Part shown: positions 19,160 through 29,030 of the stretch, in pieces
How the letters are laid out: each line of letters opens with the position of its first letter
Position numbering within the stretch: the first letter of the stretch is position 1
Source: a virus
Reading direction: 5' to 3' (one strand)
Virus record (IMG/VR): IMGVR_UViG_3300033149_004566
Location: 48,863 to 112,862 of that record
DNA length: 64,000 bases
Notes under the pieces: model-generated
What the model saw: the letters and a program-made list of their open reading frames with translations, nothing else
Told to the model about the DNA's origin: nothing
The model's database searches: none
Translations under genes and position numbers: made by a program

Positions 19160-19965
19160 AAATGGGTAGAGAAGCTGCACAGCGCGGATCTTCAATCAAA
19201 TTGGTTGCATATATGCGAGATAGTGGAAACGTTTTACAAGATGCCGATTCATTACCGTTGGTAGAAATAAGAGATCCAACTGGAACGTCAATAGAATCTG
19301 GAAATGCAACCAAGGAAGATGTAGGTATTTATTATTATAATTATGACGTGGCATTCGATGCTACTTTAGGAACGTGGAACGATTATTGGACTGCGACTAT
19401 CAATGGCGTTGATGTTAGCACCACGTTATCTTTTGTTGTCGTAACACCAAATATATCTGGATACACGCCGAAGTGGACATCAAAAGCCAGAGTTGTTAGG
19501 TATACGGATCCACAAATAACTGTTTCCGATATAGATGATTTTACCATGGAAGAAGCGGAAACGTTAATGGAAGATATGATGTGGGAATATGGATACGATC
19601 CAGATGTAGTGTATAACAACATAAATAGTTATAGGGCTACTCGAAGGCTAACAATGGCTGCAACATTTTTTGTAATGCATTATTTGAGGATTCAAGGTAA
19701 AATATTTTATCATTCTCACGTTGTAGTGCAATCAGATGTTGGAGGTGGGATGATGCCGCCACGTCCTTTTGAGCGTGGATTGGGCACGTTTCCTCCACAA
19801 GAAGAGCCAACTGGCAACTATTTACAAAAAGGTAGAAGGGAATTGATGAGATTTGCTGAGGCTAACGATCCTAGATTTGATGAAATGTATGTAGAGAATA
19901 ATATAGATCCAGTAAAAGAAGCATATGGAGAGATATATTACCAAGAGACGGATTGGATTGGATGA
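19156..19965 (+). CDS. Head-tail adaptor/neck protein with N-terminal Ig-like domain
   Basis: VEIRDPTG..GIYYYNY..GTWNDYW Ig-like domain then helical domain; position. Confidence 0.55.
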   Translation: MKMGREAAQRGSSIKLVAYMRDSGNVLQDADSLPLVEIRDPTGTSIESGNATKEDVGIYYYNYDVAFDATLGTWNDYWTATINGVDVSTTLSFVVVTPNISGYTPKWTSKARVVRYTDPQITVSDIDDFTMEEAETLMEDMMWEYGYDPDVVYNNINSYRATRRLTMAATFFVMHYLRIQGKIFYHSHVVVQSDVGGGMMPPRPFERGLGTFPPQEEPTGNYLQKGRRELMRFAEANDPRFDEMYVENNIDPVKEAYGEIYYQETDWIG

Positions 19966-21035
19966 CTCTAACACAAACTCAGAGAGAAGACATACTTTCA
20001 GCGGTTCCTACATCTTATGTGATAGATGAAGTTACGTTTGAGCCGTTAATAGAATATTGGAAATATCCTTTGGGTAGGTATAACACTTTTCCCGTGATAA
20101 GATTGTATGTCGTGGCTCAAGGAGTTCCGATGTTAGAGTTTCACGGTTATAAAATTACAGAAGACATATACGGTGCTGTAAACGTCTGTGAATTACAAGT
20201 AGATGTAATGGCCAGGGATTATTTAAAAAGTGATGGGTCAAAAATACATGGATTCATGATTGTAGAAGAAATAACGAGAAAATTAATTGATTATATAAGG
20301 CAAAGGTGGGATTATGACATACCGAATATCGCAATAAATTCCATAAATGTAATAACGAATCAAAGCGGAATGATGGCGGTTGGTTATGTTCATAGGCGCG
20401 CGTTTACGGTATCATTGAGATATTTAATTACTAACGACGTGTTAGATGATTTTAAGAGTGAAAAATTGGAAAAAGTCATTCCAATAATAGGAATGCCGGT
20501 AGAAGAGGATTTTTCGGGTGCGGTTAACGATACCCTGATTTTTTCCACGTTGTCGGGAAGCGGAGGATCCGTAAATTATTATGACGGATACGTTGAATTA
20601 AATTCTATATCCAGTGGATCCGTGTCGTATATGTATTGGGATTATCCCCTACCGTTTGAATACATGGTAGAAATTGACTTGCGAACTCACGATGGCTCGA
20701 TGGAAGTAAACATTTGGGACGAAGTGCCGTCCGTGAGTGCAAGTGACAAGAATAATAAAATATTAACGTTTTTTATGAGTAGTGGATCGGAAGCGTATGA
20801 AGTTTATGAATATGACACGTTGATGTCATCCGGAACTTACGATCCAGGCGAAGAAAATACAGTTAAGATAATTAAATCAACAGAACATTACCAAATATGG
20901 TTAAATGAAGAGCATTTAACAATGATTTCTGGAGCCGATGCCACGCAAGTGGAATATGTCGGTTTTGGGGATCCATACGACGACGAAATTTACGGAACGT
21001 CGAAAGTGTATAATGTAAAATTTTTGGTGAGATAA
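19953..21035 (+). CDS. Neck/tail-terminator-like protein with C-terminal beta-sandwich
   Basis: FPVIRL..LQVDVMARD..RRAFTVSLRY; directly upstream of sheath. Confidence 0.55.
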   Translation: MDWMTLTQTQREDILSAVPTSYVIDEVTFEPLIEYWKYPLGRYNTFPVIRLYVVAQGVPMLEFHGYKITEDIYGAVNVCELQVDVMARDYLKSDGSKIHGFMIVEEITRKLIDYIRQRWDYDIPNIAINSINVITNQSGMMAVGYVHRRAFTVSLRYLITNDVLDDFKSEKLEKVIPIIGMPVEEDFSGAVNDTLIFSTLSGSGGSVNYYDGYVELNSISSGSVSYMYWDYPLPFEYMVEIDLRTHDGSMEVNIWDEVPSVSASDKNNKILTFFMSSGSEAYEVYEYDTLMSSGTYDPGEENTVKIIKSTEHYQIWLNEEHLTMISGADATQVEYVGFGDPYDDEIYGTSKVYNVKFLVR

Positions 21036-22124
21036 ATGGGTGGATTAGAATACGTCGATGTCTACGTGAATACTGAAGGACTGTATCAGCCATTAACTAG
21101 GTCTTACGGAAATATTGGAATTGTTGGAACCTGTTTGTCTGGCTCCGATAATGAAGTTGAACAATGGACAAGCCCGATAGATGAGGAAGCTGTTCATGCA
21201 TCTGGTGATTTGGTAAATGCCGTGTCGGATGCATTTGCTAATGGTGCTTTACGTGTTTTTACTGTAAAGTCGACGTCAGATAGCGAAACTGACATGTATG
21301 CGGCTTTATCAAAATTGGCATCTGAAGACGTGCAGCTCGTGCTGTACGCTGGACAACCGGCAACGGTTGCAAACACTGCGTCTGGAAGCACGTTATACGG
21401 ATTGTTTAAAACACACGTATTGAATGCGTCTGCAGCTGGAAGAACAAGGATGGGCATAATAATGTTGGCCAGTGGAGCCGATACATCAGATATGGACACG
21501 GTAGTATCTAATATGACGAGTGAACGAATGGTATTGTTAGCTCATCATTCTAGTAGCGATATAGCTGCTTGTGCTGCTGGAGTGATATCTTATAGAGAGC
21601 CTCCAACATCCATGACGTTAAAACCGATAGTGTGTGAACAGACAGAAGAATACAGCGACACCGATTTGGCTACGATTGTAGATTTACATATAATTCCTGT
21701 CACGGTTCCGTTATATTATAGTGGCAATGGTGAAGTAATGGGTAAAAACTTCACGTTGGACGGAAGCGGAACGCGAAAATACATCGATATAGTGAGAACA
21801 ATTGATGACGTTGTATTTTCATTGAAAGCTGGGTTGACCAGCCCGAAGGTCATGGGAAATTTCAGGATGAATCTCGTTGGCATGAGATTGTTGTATTCTG
21901 AAGTAGCTGGAATATTAAATTACAAAAAAACGCAAAAATACTTGGATGACTACAGGATAAACATACCATTATTGAATCTTCTCGAAAGGACAAACAGAAC
22001 CGATGCCGAAACTGCGACCATGAATCAGATCATAAACAGTCTAATAGCAACTGTAGAAGTTGACATAATATATCGTGGAGCTTTGGAATCGTTGATAATT
22101 AACGTGAATTTTGTACCAAGTTGA
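21036..22124 (+). CDS. Tail sheath protein (small, 362 aa)
   Basis: NIGIVG, AFANGA..V, AACAAGVIS, YIDIVRTID, VEVDI..ALESLIINVNF. Confidence 0.8.
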   Translation: MGGLEYVDVYVNTEGLYQPLTRSYGNIGIVGTCLSGSDNEVEQWTSPIDEEAVHASGDLVNAVSDAFANGALRVFTVKSTSDSETDMYAALSKLASEDVQLVLYAGQPATVANTASGSTLYGLFKTHVLNASAAGRTRMGIIMLASGADTSDMDTVVSNMTSERMVLLAHHSSSDIAACAAGVISYREPPTSMTLKPIVCEQTEEYSDTDLATIVDLHIIPVTVPLYYSGNGEVMGKNFTLDGSGTRKYIDIVRTIDDVVFSLKAGLTSPKVMGNFRMNLVGMRLLYSEVAGILNYKKTQKYLDDYRINIPLLNLLERTNRTDAETATMNQIINSLIATVEVDIIYRGALESLIINVNFVPS

Positions 22125-22135
22125 GGTGAAAGAAT

Positions 22136-22672
22136 ATGTCTTTAAGTAACGATTGGAAAACAACTTTGGCGGTCTTTGTAAAAGATGAGAATGGAATGTA
22201 CATGGTGACACCGATATTATCTGTTGCACCAACTATAGCCACTCCTGCTGCGCCAATTGATAGTGTTAACATGACAAACATGGGCTACGTGCATGGCCCG
22301 ACCAGATTTTCTTTTAGGATGGCCGTACAGGCTCTACAATTAAAGGACTCGTCTGGCGTGCCGTTGTCCGCACTCGGGGACTCTAACATCACGAATGTGG
22401 CATATTTGATGAAAATGCAATTGAACAGGACGGAGTTTTCTTTAGTATTGGTAGAGCAGGGCGATGATGTTTCTCAGATGGATTGGGTATTTTCACAGGT
22501 GATATTTAATAGATGTATAATCATATCTTCAGATGCGCCTACAGTGCCTCCTCCGGGTGTTGTTCCCACGATAACTTTCAATTGTCTAGCATTGGAATTA
22601 CAGGCTGCTGCAACAGATCCTGCCGTAGAATTGACGATAGAAACAAAATTTCCATTGGATGAATTGTTATAA
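22136..22672 (+). CDS. Tail tube protein
   Basis: Beta-rich 178 aa directly after sheath; GAGGTGA RBS. Confidence 0.7.
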   Translation: MSLSNDWKTTLAVFVKDENGMYMVTPILSVAPTIATPAAPIDSVNMTNMGYVHGPTRFSFRMAVQALQLKDSSGVPLSALGDSNITNVAYLMKMQLNRTEFSLVLVEQGDDVSQMDWVFSQVIFNRCIIISSDAPTVPPPGVVPTITFNCLALELQAAATDPAVELTIETKFPLDELL

Positions 22673-22695
22673 AAATAAAAAAAGGAGGATGAAAA

Positions 22696-23181
22696 ATGAA
22701 TTCGAGTGAACTTACAAGATTGGAGAGTCTTTTACAAAAAGGAATCAATCATGAAGAAGAATTTTTCTTGCCGTATTATAAAACGAGTATAAAGATAAGA
22801 CCGTTATCTAAATTTGAAATTAACATGTGTACAGCAATGGCATTGGACGAAATTACGGATCCAGACACTGAATTGTATTTTTTTATGCGTAGTGATGAGC
22901 GCAAGGATTTCAAAAAAAGAATAAAGATGAAAGAATATATCAGGGCACAAAACATGTTGAATTTATACATAGTGTATGAATCCTTAAAAAAAATATATCC
23001 GAAATTATCGAAAGAGACAGTATCGAGGATAAACGGTCTTGAAGAAATTGCATCACGAATAATGGACATTTCATCAGCAAAGGAGGATGACGTGGAGTTT
23101 TTTCGTGGAGACGCTGAGGGGAGCTCAGCTAAGGATGTTGGTAATCGAAGCAGGACTAAAATTAGCGTCAAGACCTTGTGA
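22696..23181 (+). CDS. Tail assembly chaperone
   Basis: IKIRPLS motif; between tube and TMP; slippery site near 3' end. Confidence 0.7.
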   Translation: MNSSELTRLESLLQKGINHEEEFFLPYYKTSIKIRPLSKFEINMCTAMALDEITDPDTELYFFMRSDERKDFKKRIKMKEYIRAQNMLNLYIVYESLKKIYPKLSKETVSRINGLEEIASRIMDISSAKEDDVEFFRGDAEGSSAKDVGNRSRTKISVKTL

Positions 23182-23368
23182 ATTATTGGCAAGTCAGATA
23201 TATCTTTATGAGTTATGGTTGAGTAAAAGGCTGACCAAAAAACAAAAAGAAGCCATTCGTAATAACGATAGCATAATAACGTCATTTGAAACGAGAGAAT
23301 CAATGCTCAGAAAAACAAAAAATTTAAGGGAATTGTATGTCGGTAGACAAAATCGTCACGGAATTTGA
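23087..23368 (+). CDS. Tail assembly chaperone frameshift extension (+1 frame)
   Basis: Overlaps chaperone gene in the +1 frame across TTT TTT CGT (23098-23106). Confidence 0.6.
   Translation: MTWSFFVETLRGAQLRMLVIEAGLKLASRPCELLASQIYLYELWLSKRLTKKQKEAIRNNDSIITSFETRESMLRKTKNLRELYVGRQNRHGI
23098..23106 (+). other. Candidate programmed +1 ribosomal frameshift site TTT-TTT-CGT
   Basis: In-frame TTT TTT CGT; +1 frame reads TTC GTG GAG.. and stays open to 23368. Confidence 0.6.
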
Positions 23369-24332
23369 TGTCATAGGTCACGATAAATTGTTGTCCGTTT
23401 TAGACGAAGTAGAGCGCGGCGTCGAAAGGATGACTAGCAATGCTGAGAGACGCTTGGATGATTTAACTGAAAAAATACGGAACATGGGAACCGAATCCGA
23501 TAAGTCAACACCTCTCATACAAAAAATGGGAAACGCGCTTTCCAAGGTTGTTAGAAAGTTGAGAGGGGTTAAAAATGTCGGCAATATAAACATAACTACA
23601 GGTGGTGCGGATGTATCGGAGTTGGGAAAAACCGAAGAATTGGGCGGATTGACTCCGTTATCGTATTCAGGATTTAAATTGACAGAAGAGGAAAAAGAAT
23701 ACATTAAAAAATCCGACATAGAGTTACCAGAAGGCATTACGCCGGAGGAATTGTTAAAAACTTTATCCAGCGTGAGGAAGAGATATCAGGAAAGTCAGAA
23801 AAATGTGAGCGGGCCAGACGTGTCGATGCTTCCCTTTGAGGACGTGTTAAAATATGGAGAAAGTGGAACCGAGACAGCGGGCCAAATGCGTAGCACATAT
23901 GAAGATCTTTTGTACGAGACATTAAAAGAATTTACCACTTCTGGAAGCACGTCAGTAACAAGACCCGAAGACGTCGAAGAGTTATTAAAAAAAGGGTTGG
24001 AAGTCGAGAGCGCATTGAGAAAAAAAAGAGTTCCCATCACTGAAAAAGTTAGAGAAGTCGCCAAGAGTAGCGAAACATACGCTGGAAAACCCTCCGAAGA
24101 AGTCGAGGCATGGATGGGGGCTATAATGGGATTTCAAGAGATAGAAGCGCCGTTCAAAAAAATAGCAAATGAACTCGATAAAAGGGCAAGAGAAAGCAAG
24201 AAAGAGGCCGATGAAATATATGAAGCATTGGTCAGAATGATAGAAGCCGAAAAAGAGGGCATAAAAAAATTCATAAAAGGAATAACAGAATCATCTGAAG
24301 TATTTAGAGATATAAGTGAGAGGCTCGGATGA
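23337..24332 (+). CDS. Tape measure protein (short, 331 aa)
   Basis: Position after chaperones; helical/coiled-coil composition. Confidence 0.6.
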   Translation: MSVDKIVTEFDVIGHDKLLSVLDEVERGVERMTSNAERRLDDLTEKIRNMGTESDKSTPLIQKMGNALSKVVRKLRGVKNVGNINITTGGADVSELGKTEELGGLTPLSYSGFKLTEEEKEYIKKSDIELPEGITPEELLKTLSSVRKRYQESQKNVSGPDVSMLPFEDVLKYGESGTETAGQMRSTYEDLLYETLKEFTTSGSTSVTRPEDVEELLKKGLEVESALRKKRVPITEKVREVAKSSETYAGKPSEEVEAWMGAIMGFQEIEAPFKKIANELDKRARESKKEADEIYEALVRMIEAEKEGIKKFIKGITESSEVFRDISERLG

Positions 24333-25255
24333 TGGAGTCTGACATGGCTGTTTTAATTGGATGGGTTCCGTTATTTTCCGTGGAATATATAGAACACACG
24401 CAAGGAACTGCAGTTTCGATATATAAGTCGGATATAGGATATTGGGCTCCACAGGCGGTTGAAGACACGGCCGATCAAATAATTTTAAAGGGCGTGTTAT
24501 ATGGTGAAATGTGGCGTACTTGGAAGTTGATGTTGGAAGCACAGAAGAGCTCAAAAATGGCGTACTGGTTCATATCCAACATGTCACAATTATTTTATTG
24601 CGTCATAACGGCCCTGAAGTTTACAAATTCTTCGCAGAGAAGAAACGTTATAGATGTCGAGATTACCATAAGACAGGTTAAAAAAGTGGCCCAAGCCAGA
24701 TGGTTGACAATAGCCAGTGCCGTATCGGCCATAGCAACATTCATGACGAGGGGCGCAAATGACATGGCGATAACATTAAATCCGTTTAACTTTACAGATA
24801 ACGTCGTGAGAATAGCCACGTCTCTTGAAACTTTAGAAACAAGAAAAGAATTGGTCGCAGAACTCCAAAAATATGCCTGGAATATATGGTACGCTAAAGA
24901 GTGGTTGAGTGCAAATGTTGCAAATACAATTACTGGTGACGGAACAATTTATTACACGTTTTTTGAAGAGAATTCTGGCATCTATCCTAGAAATTATGAG
25001 ATGTTTATAAATAATAGTGCCATTGTTGATATAGGCACGATTGATTTTGGATTTTTTGGCAACAAAGACATAAATTACATGCCTCCGGGGACGATGGGTC
25101 GAATCATGACGGAAAAAATGGACGAAAACAACGAGCCGGTGTTGTATTATTTTCTCGCTGTAAACGATTCGGATTCCAATATGGTTAATGGCCAGGCAGT
25201 GACGATAACGGGAGTTGTGGGCACCGAGAAAAATCCCATTATGGTGGTCGAATGA
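24329..25255 (+). CDS. Baseplate/tail-tube initiator-like protein
   Basis: IILKGVL..CVITALKF..IDVEITIRQV tube-like fold; position after TMP. Confidence 0.55.
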   Translation: MMESDMAVLIGWVPLFSVEYIEHTQGTAVSIYKSDIGYWAPQAVEDTADQIILKGVLYGEMWRTWKLMLEAQKSSKMAYWFISNMSQLFYCVITALKFTNSSQRRNVIDVEITIRQVKKVAQARWLTIASAVSAIATFMTRGANDMAITLNPFNFTDNVVRIATSLETLETRKELVAELQKYAWNIWYAKEWLSANVANTITGDGTIYYTFFEENSGIYPRNYEMFINNSAIVDIGTIDFGFFGNKDINYMPPGTMGRIMTEKMDENNEPVLYYFLAVNDSDSNMVNGQAVTITGVVGTEKNPIMVVE

Positions 25256-25614
25256 GCACGAGTTTGGATGATTATTTATCGCAGTTCTCCGTCCTTCCGG
25301 TAGATCAAAACGAAAGATTTCCTCAACGTTGGAGCGTGACGATAAATGACGAATTATACACGTTTGATGTTAGAGCTAATACGAGCATTATAGATCCGTT
25401 GTTTGAGGAGAATCCGAGATTATCCCTGACCGTGTATGATTCTAATGATGAGATGTTGTTTACAAATCCTATTGGAGTTGGATACGAGGAAAAGATTTAC
25501 GACGAAGACGGGATAAAATTTAGGATTTCCGTGCTTATTGCCGATATTGCCAGAGAAAACGCGCTTGGAGAAACTGGCAATTTTGGAACGAATTTGGTGG
25601 TTGTTGTCAGGTGA
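25252..25614 (+). CDS. Baseplate protein (plug-like)
   Basis: LPV..FPQRWSVTIND..YTF..N..LTVYD; position. Confidence 0.5.
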   Translation: MSTSLDDYLSQFSVLPVDQNERFPQRWSVTINDELYTFDVRANTSIIDPLFEENPRLSLTVYDSNDEMLFTNPIGVGYEEKIYDEDGIKFRISVLIADIARENALGETGNFGTNLVVVVR

Positions 25615-27218
25615 TAAATCCTTTAAACGTGGTTTCTATACCGCTCAATTTCACTTCTATAAAGGATTTCCATCCCATATTTGAGTTGTATATGAGTGGA
25701 TCTGGCGTATCCAGATTATGGGTTAGTAATGAAAATGTAGAAGGAAACATAATAATAGAGCGAGAGATAGATGGAATTACGAGGCTTAAGATGGATCTTT
25801 TCAATTTGAGTGAAAGCAAGTTGAATACCGGATTATTATTGGTAAATGAATCTGAAAGATGGTATTTAACAATAAAGCTCGGTTTTGAAAGCGACGTGTC
25901 TAGACATATTTCATCTGTTGGTGATTTTTGGATAGATTACGTGTATATTAATAAATTGGAAGACGGAACCATACATCTTCATATTAAAGGCACTGGATAT
26001 TTGGATAAATATTTATCGGACGTGACCATAGATAATCCGATATATTTGGGAGTCATTACTACAAATTCATTCATCACGTTGTTAGGCGGTATATTGTCCG
26101 TATTTAATTATCCGAGGGTGAAAAAATATTCCATAGAGTTGCTGTCAGTTCCTCCGAAAAAATCGGACGAAGCATTGAGATGGAACGGCTCGGATGTTCC
26201 CGAAATGACAATACATGTCGGAAGTGTTAAGGCTGATAAAACTGGAGTGGAAATATCGAACGTGATTCCCATTCTTGGTGAAAGCTTGATCGATTTAATA
26301 ACAAAATTTATGGTAAATAACGGTCTCAATGATGGCGTTCATTATTCTATAATAAATCGAAATATATTCATATCCGATAAAATATATGAATTGAGCTTGA
26401 GTGGAAAGGTCAATATAGGCAATTACGACATCATAAACATTAATCGAAAAAACATATCCGGAACCTATTATTACGAATTGACGCTTAATGGAAAGCCAGA
26501 AATTTTTCCCGGAAAATCAGTAATTTTCAGGTCTAAAAATTTAATAGAGTCTGAATTTTCGCTCAATGAGTTGAATCGGGGACAAAAAGATATTTTGAAT
26601 TTATCAAAAAAAGAAATGATAGTTATCAGTGCATCACACGAGTTTAGAGCGAAAGAGGGTTTCTTGACAAAAGTGGTATTGGTTGATAACTCGTTAAAAT
26701 CAAACGACTTGAAAAAGATATTGATGCATTCTTTATCACCGTCTGCTAGGGTTTCTTTCAATATAAGACAACACGTGAATAGAAAATCGGAGATAAATAA
26801 AAATCCCTCATCGTATGCACAAATTGCAAACGTGGGACAAAATGTATGCGAGTTAAAAGTTCCGAATCAAAAAAACATAATTCCACCACAAAAGTTAAAA
26901 CGATTGACGAATTATTCTAACGTGTTAAACGTTACTAGACTATATCCATTTATGGGAACCAAATTTGGAATGTCGGCTCCTTTAGGTATAGATGATTGGG
27001 TGGTATATGATAAGCTTGATGGTGAAAATCCAATTATTTTGGGTTGTATAAAGAATGAGACACAGACACTTCCATTTGGTGTTACGGAAAGTGATCTATT
27101 ATCCAAGATAATTTTATATTATGGTAATAATTTGATAATGATGGACGAACAGGAAATAACGTTGAAGGTCGGAGTCAGGACTTTTAAATTGACCGCTACC
27201 GGAGTTTCCGTGTCATGA
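25611..27218 (+). CDS. Baseplate hub fused to spike OB-fold (VgrG-like arrangement)
   Basis: IKLGF, LTLNGKPEIFPG, VISASHEF..GFLT hub motifs; C-terminal PFMGTKFGMSAPLGIDDWVV..DGENPIILG resembles gp5/gpV OB-fold. Confidence 0.6.
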   Translation: MINPLNVVSIPLNFTSIKDFHPIFELYMSGSGVSRLWVSNENVEGNIIIEREIDGITRLKMDLFNLSESKLNTGLLLVNESERWYLTIKLGFESDVSRHISSVGDFWIDYVYINKLEDGTIHLHIKGTGYLDKYLSDVTIDNPIYLGVITTNSFITLLGGILSVFNYPRVKKYSIELLSVPPKKSDEALRWNGSDVPEMTIHVGSVKADKTGVEISNVIPILGESLIDLITKFMVNNGLNDGVHYSIINRNIFISDKIYELSLSGKVNIGNYDIININRKNISGTYYYELTLNGKPEIFPGKSVIFRSKNLIESEFSLNELNRGQKDILNLSKKEMIVISASHEFRAKEGFLTKVVLVDNSLKSNDLKKILMHSLSPSARVSFNIRQHVNRKSEINKNPSSYAQIANVGQNVCELKVPNQKNIIPPQKLKRLTNYSNVLNVTRLYPFMGTKFGMSAPLGIDDWVVYDKLDGENPIILGCIKNETQTLPFGVTESDLLSKIILYYGNNLIMMDEQEITLKVGVRTFKLTATGVSVS

Positions 27219-27544
27219 GTGCAATTTTGGTTAGGCCGCGGGGCGGATTTAATGCTAGCAATATTTCGACGTATTTCGTTATGGTTCCACCGATGGTAGC
27301 TCTATTAAACGTCACGGACACGTATCATGATAAATTAAAGGTGAATGACTTGCCGGCCGTATCCATGGTGACAATTCAATGGCAATCAACCGTGCCTCCA
27401 TACGTGTTTAATTCGACTGTCAATGGATCCAGCATGACGGATGTAGATGGAATGAAGATCATTAAAGTTGGAGATATTGGTGTCGGTAACGGCGTGGCCA
27501 CGGTGATAAATTCACCGATAACTACGGAGTGGGTTTCTTTATGA
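27215..27544 (+). CDS. PAAR-like spike tip protein
   Basis: KLKVNDLPAV, NGSSMTDVDGMKIIKVGD; follows spike. Confidence 0.45.
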   Translation: MSAILVRPRGGFNASNISTYFVMVPPMVALLNVTDTYHDKLKVNDLPAVSMVTIQWQSTVPPYVFNSTVNGSSMTDVDGMKIIKVGDIGVGNGVATVINSPITTEWVSL

Positions 27545-27924
27545 GTAATAATTACGGCATAACTTGGAAGCTTGATGATGATTTCGACATCGAGTTTGAT
27601 GATGACGGTGATGTTAAAATTATAGAAGATGTCGAAACAGTATCGCAATCTTTAAGAGTATTATTTATGACACAATTTAAAGAAGATTTATTGGTTCCGG
27701 TATATGGTTTTGATAGAGAATCTATATTGGGGGCAGATTTAAGATATGATGATCAGGTCAAATTGTTCGAGTTAAACGTGCAACAGGCGGCATATCAGGA
27801 CGATAGGGTTGCTTACATCGTGGATTTGGTCACTATGACCGAAAAAAGAGTTGGAACAATTGACATGAAATTACAATTATTGAATGGCGAGATGATTTCG
27901 CTCAGCATAGAGGAAATATTATGA
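27541..27924 (+). CDS. Baseplate wedge gp25/GpW-like protein
   Basis: V.QSLRVLFMTQFKE....PVYGFD, QDDRV. Confidence 0.75.
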   Translation: MSNNYGITWKLDDDFDIEFDDDGDVKIIEDVETVSQSLRVLFMTQFKEDLLVPVYGFDRESILGADLRYDDQVKLFELNVQQAAYQDDRVAYIVDLVTMTEKRVGTIDMKLQLLNGEMISLSIEEIL

Positions 27925-29030
27925 CTGATTATGGCATATCTGATGACGGCTTTCTGATCAAGAGTTATGATGTCATTTTGGCCGAAATGATTGCGAGAGC
28001 GCAGGAATATTTTGGCGAGAATGTCGATCTCAGGCCGACATCGAGTCTTTATAAATTCATTCAAGTCGTGGCATATGAGATTTCCACGCAATGGGAAGCC
28101 ATGGAAGCATATTGGTCTTCCAGTTTTTTAAAAACGGCAACTGGTTCGCCTCTAGATTATTTATGTAGTGATCTTGGTATAGAGAGAGAACAACCGGCCG
28201 CTGCTACGGGTTTTGTAACGTTTACATTATCTTCTGGAGCTCCAACCACGGAAGTTCCCGTTGGATCTACGGTTAGAACTAGCAATTATATATATTTTTC
28301 CACCGATATTGAAGTAAACATATCATCTGGATCCGCAACCGTTCCAGTTACCGCGGTGGAAACCGGATCAAATGGCAACGTAGCGGAGGGATCAATAAAC
28401 GTGATAGATCCGGAAATTACCAACATAGAATCCGTCATAAATAACAGCGCAACGACCGGAGGATTGGATCTGGAAACTGACGTGTCTTTGAGACGGCGGG
28501 GACTTAACATACGGAGGTTCAATTACACCGCGTCTAAAATTTTAGCGGACGTAGAGGAAGTATCCGGTATAAGACAAGCCAAGATAATTGAAAATTATCC
28601 CACGGAATATCAATTCACGTTATACGTGGCTCCTGACGTAGCTGGCTCGTTATCAAGCGGTAGCGAATATTACAGTCAGGCACTATATGATTCCATAGAA
28701 GATGCCGTGAATAACGCCAGGCCAGTATGTTCTGAAATAATAATAGACGAAGTTACTCCAGTATCGGTTGAGATAGAAGCCGAAATGATGATTAAAGCCG
28801 GAGTTGACGTGTCGACAATAACTAATGGAATTTCCGATAGGATAAATAGTTACATCTCCTCGTTGGAAATTGGCGATACCGTGTATCTTTCGCAAATTTC
28901 GTGGTGTTTCACGGAAGATAACAGCGTGATTGACGTGTATTCCATAAAATTGAACGGCGTTGAATCCAATTTAAATCTATCTCCCGATGAGATAGCAACG
29001 TTTGGATCGTTATCCGTAACGGTGATTTGA
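27921..29030 (+). CDS. Baseplate J-like protein
   Basis: FLKTATGSPLDYL, A.G.VTF, AVETGSNGNV, GGLDLETD.SLRRR. Confidence 0.92.
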   Translation: MTDYGISDDGFLIKSYDVILAEMIARAQEYFGENVDLRPTSSLYKFIQVVAYEISTQWEAMEAYWSSSFLKTATGSPLDYLCSDLGIEREQPAAATGFVTFTLSSGAPTTEVPVGSTVRTSNYIYFSTDIEVNISSGSATVPVTAVETGSNGNVAEGSINVIDPEITNIESVINNSATTGGLDLETDVSLRRRGLNIRRFNYTASKILADVEEVSGIRQAKIIENYPTEYQFTLYVAPDVAGSLSSGSEYYSQALYDSIEDAVNNARPVCSEIIIDEVTPVSVEIEAEMMIKAGVDVSTITNGISDRINSYISSLEIGDTVYLSQISWCFTEDNSVIDVYSIKLNGVESNLNLSPDEIATFGSLSVTVI

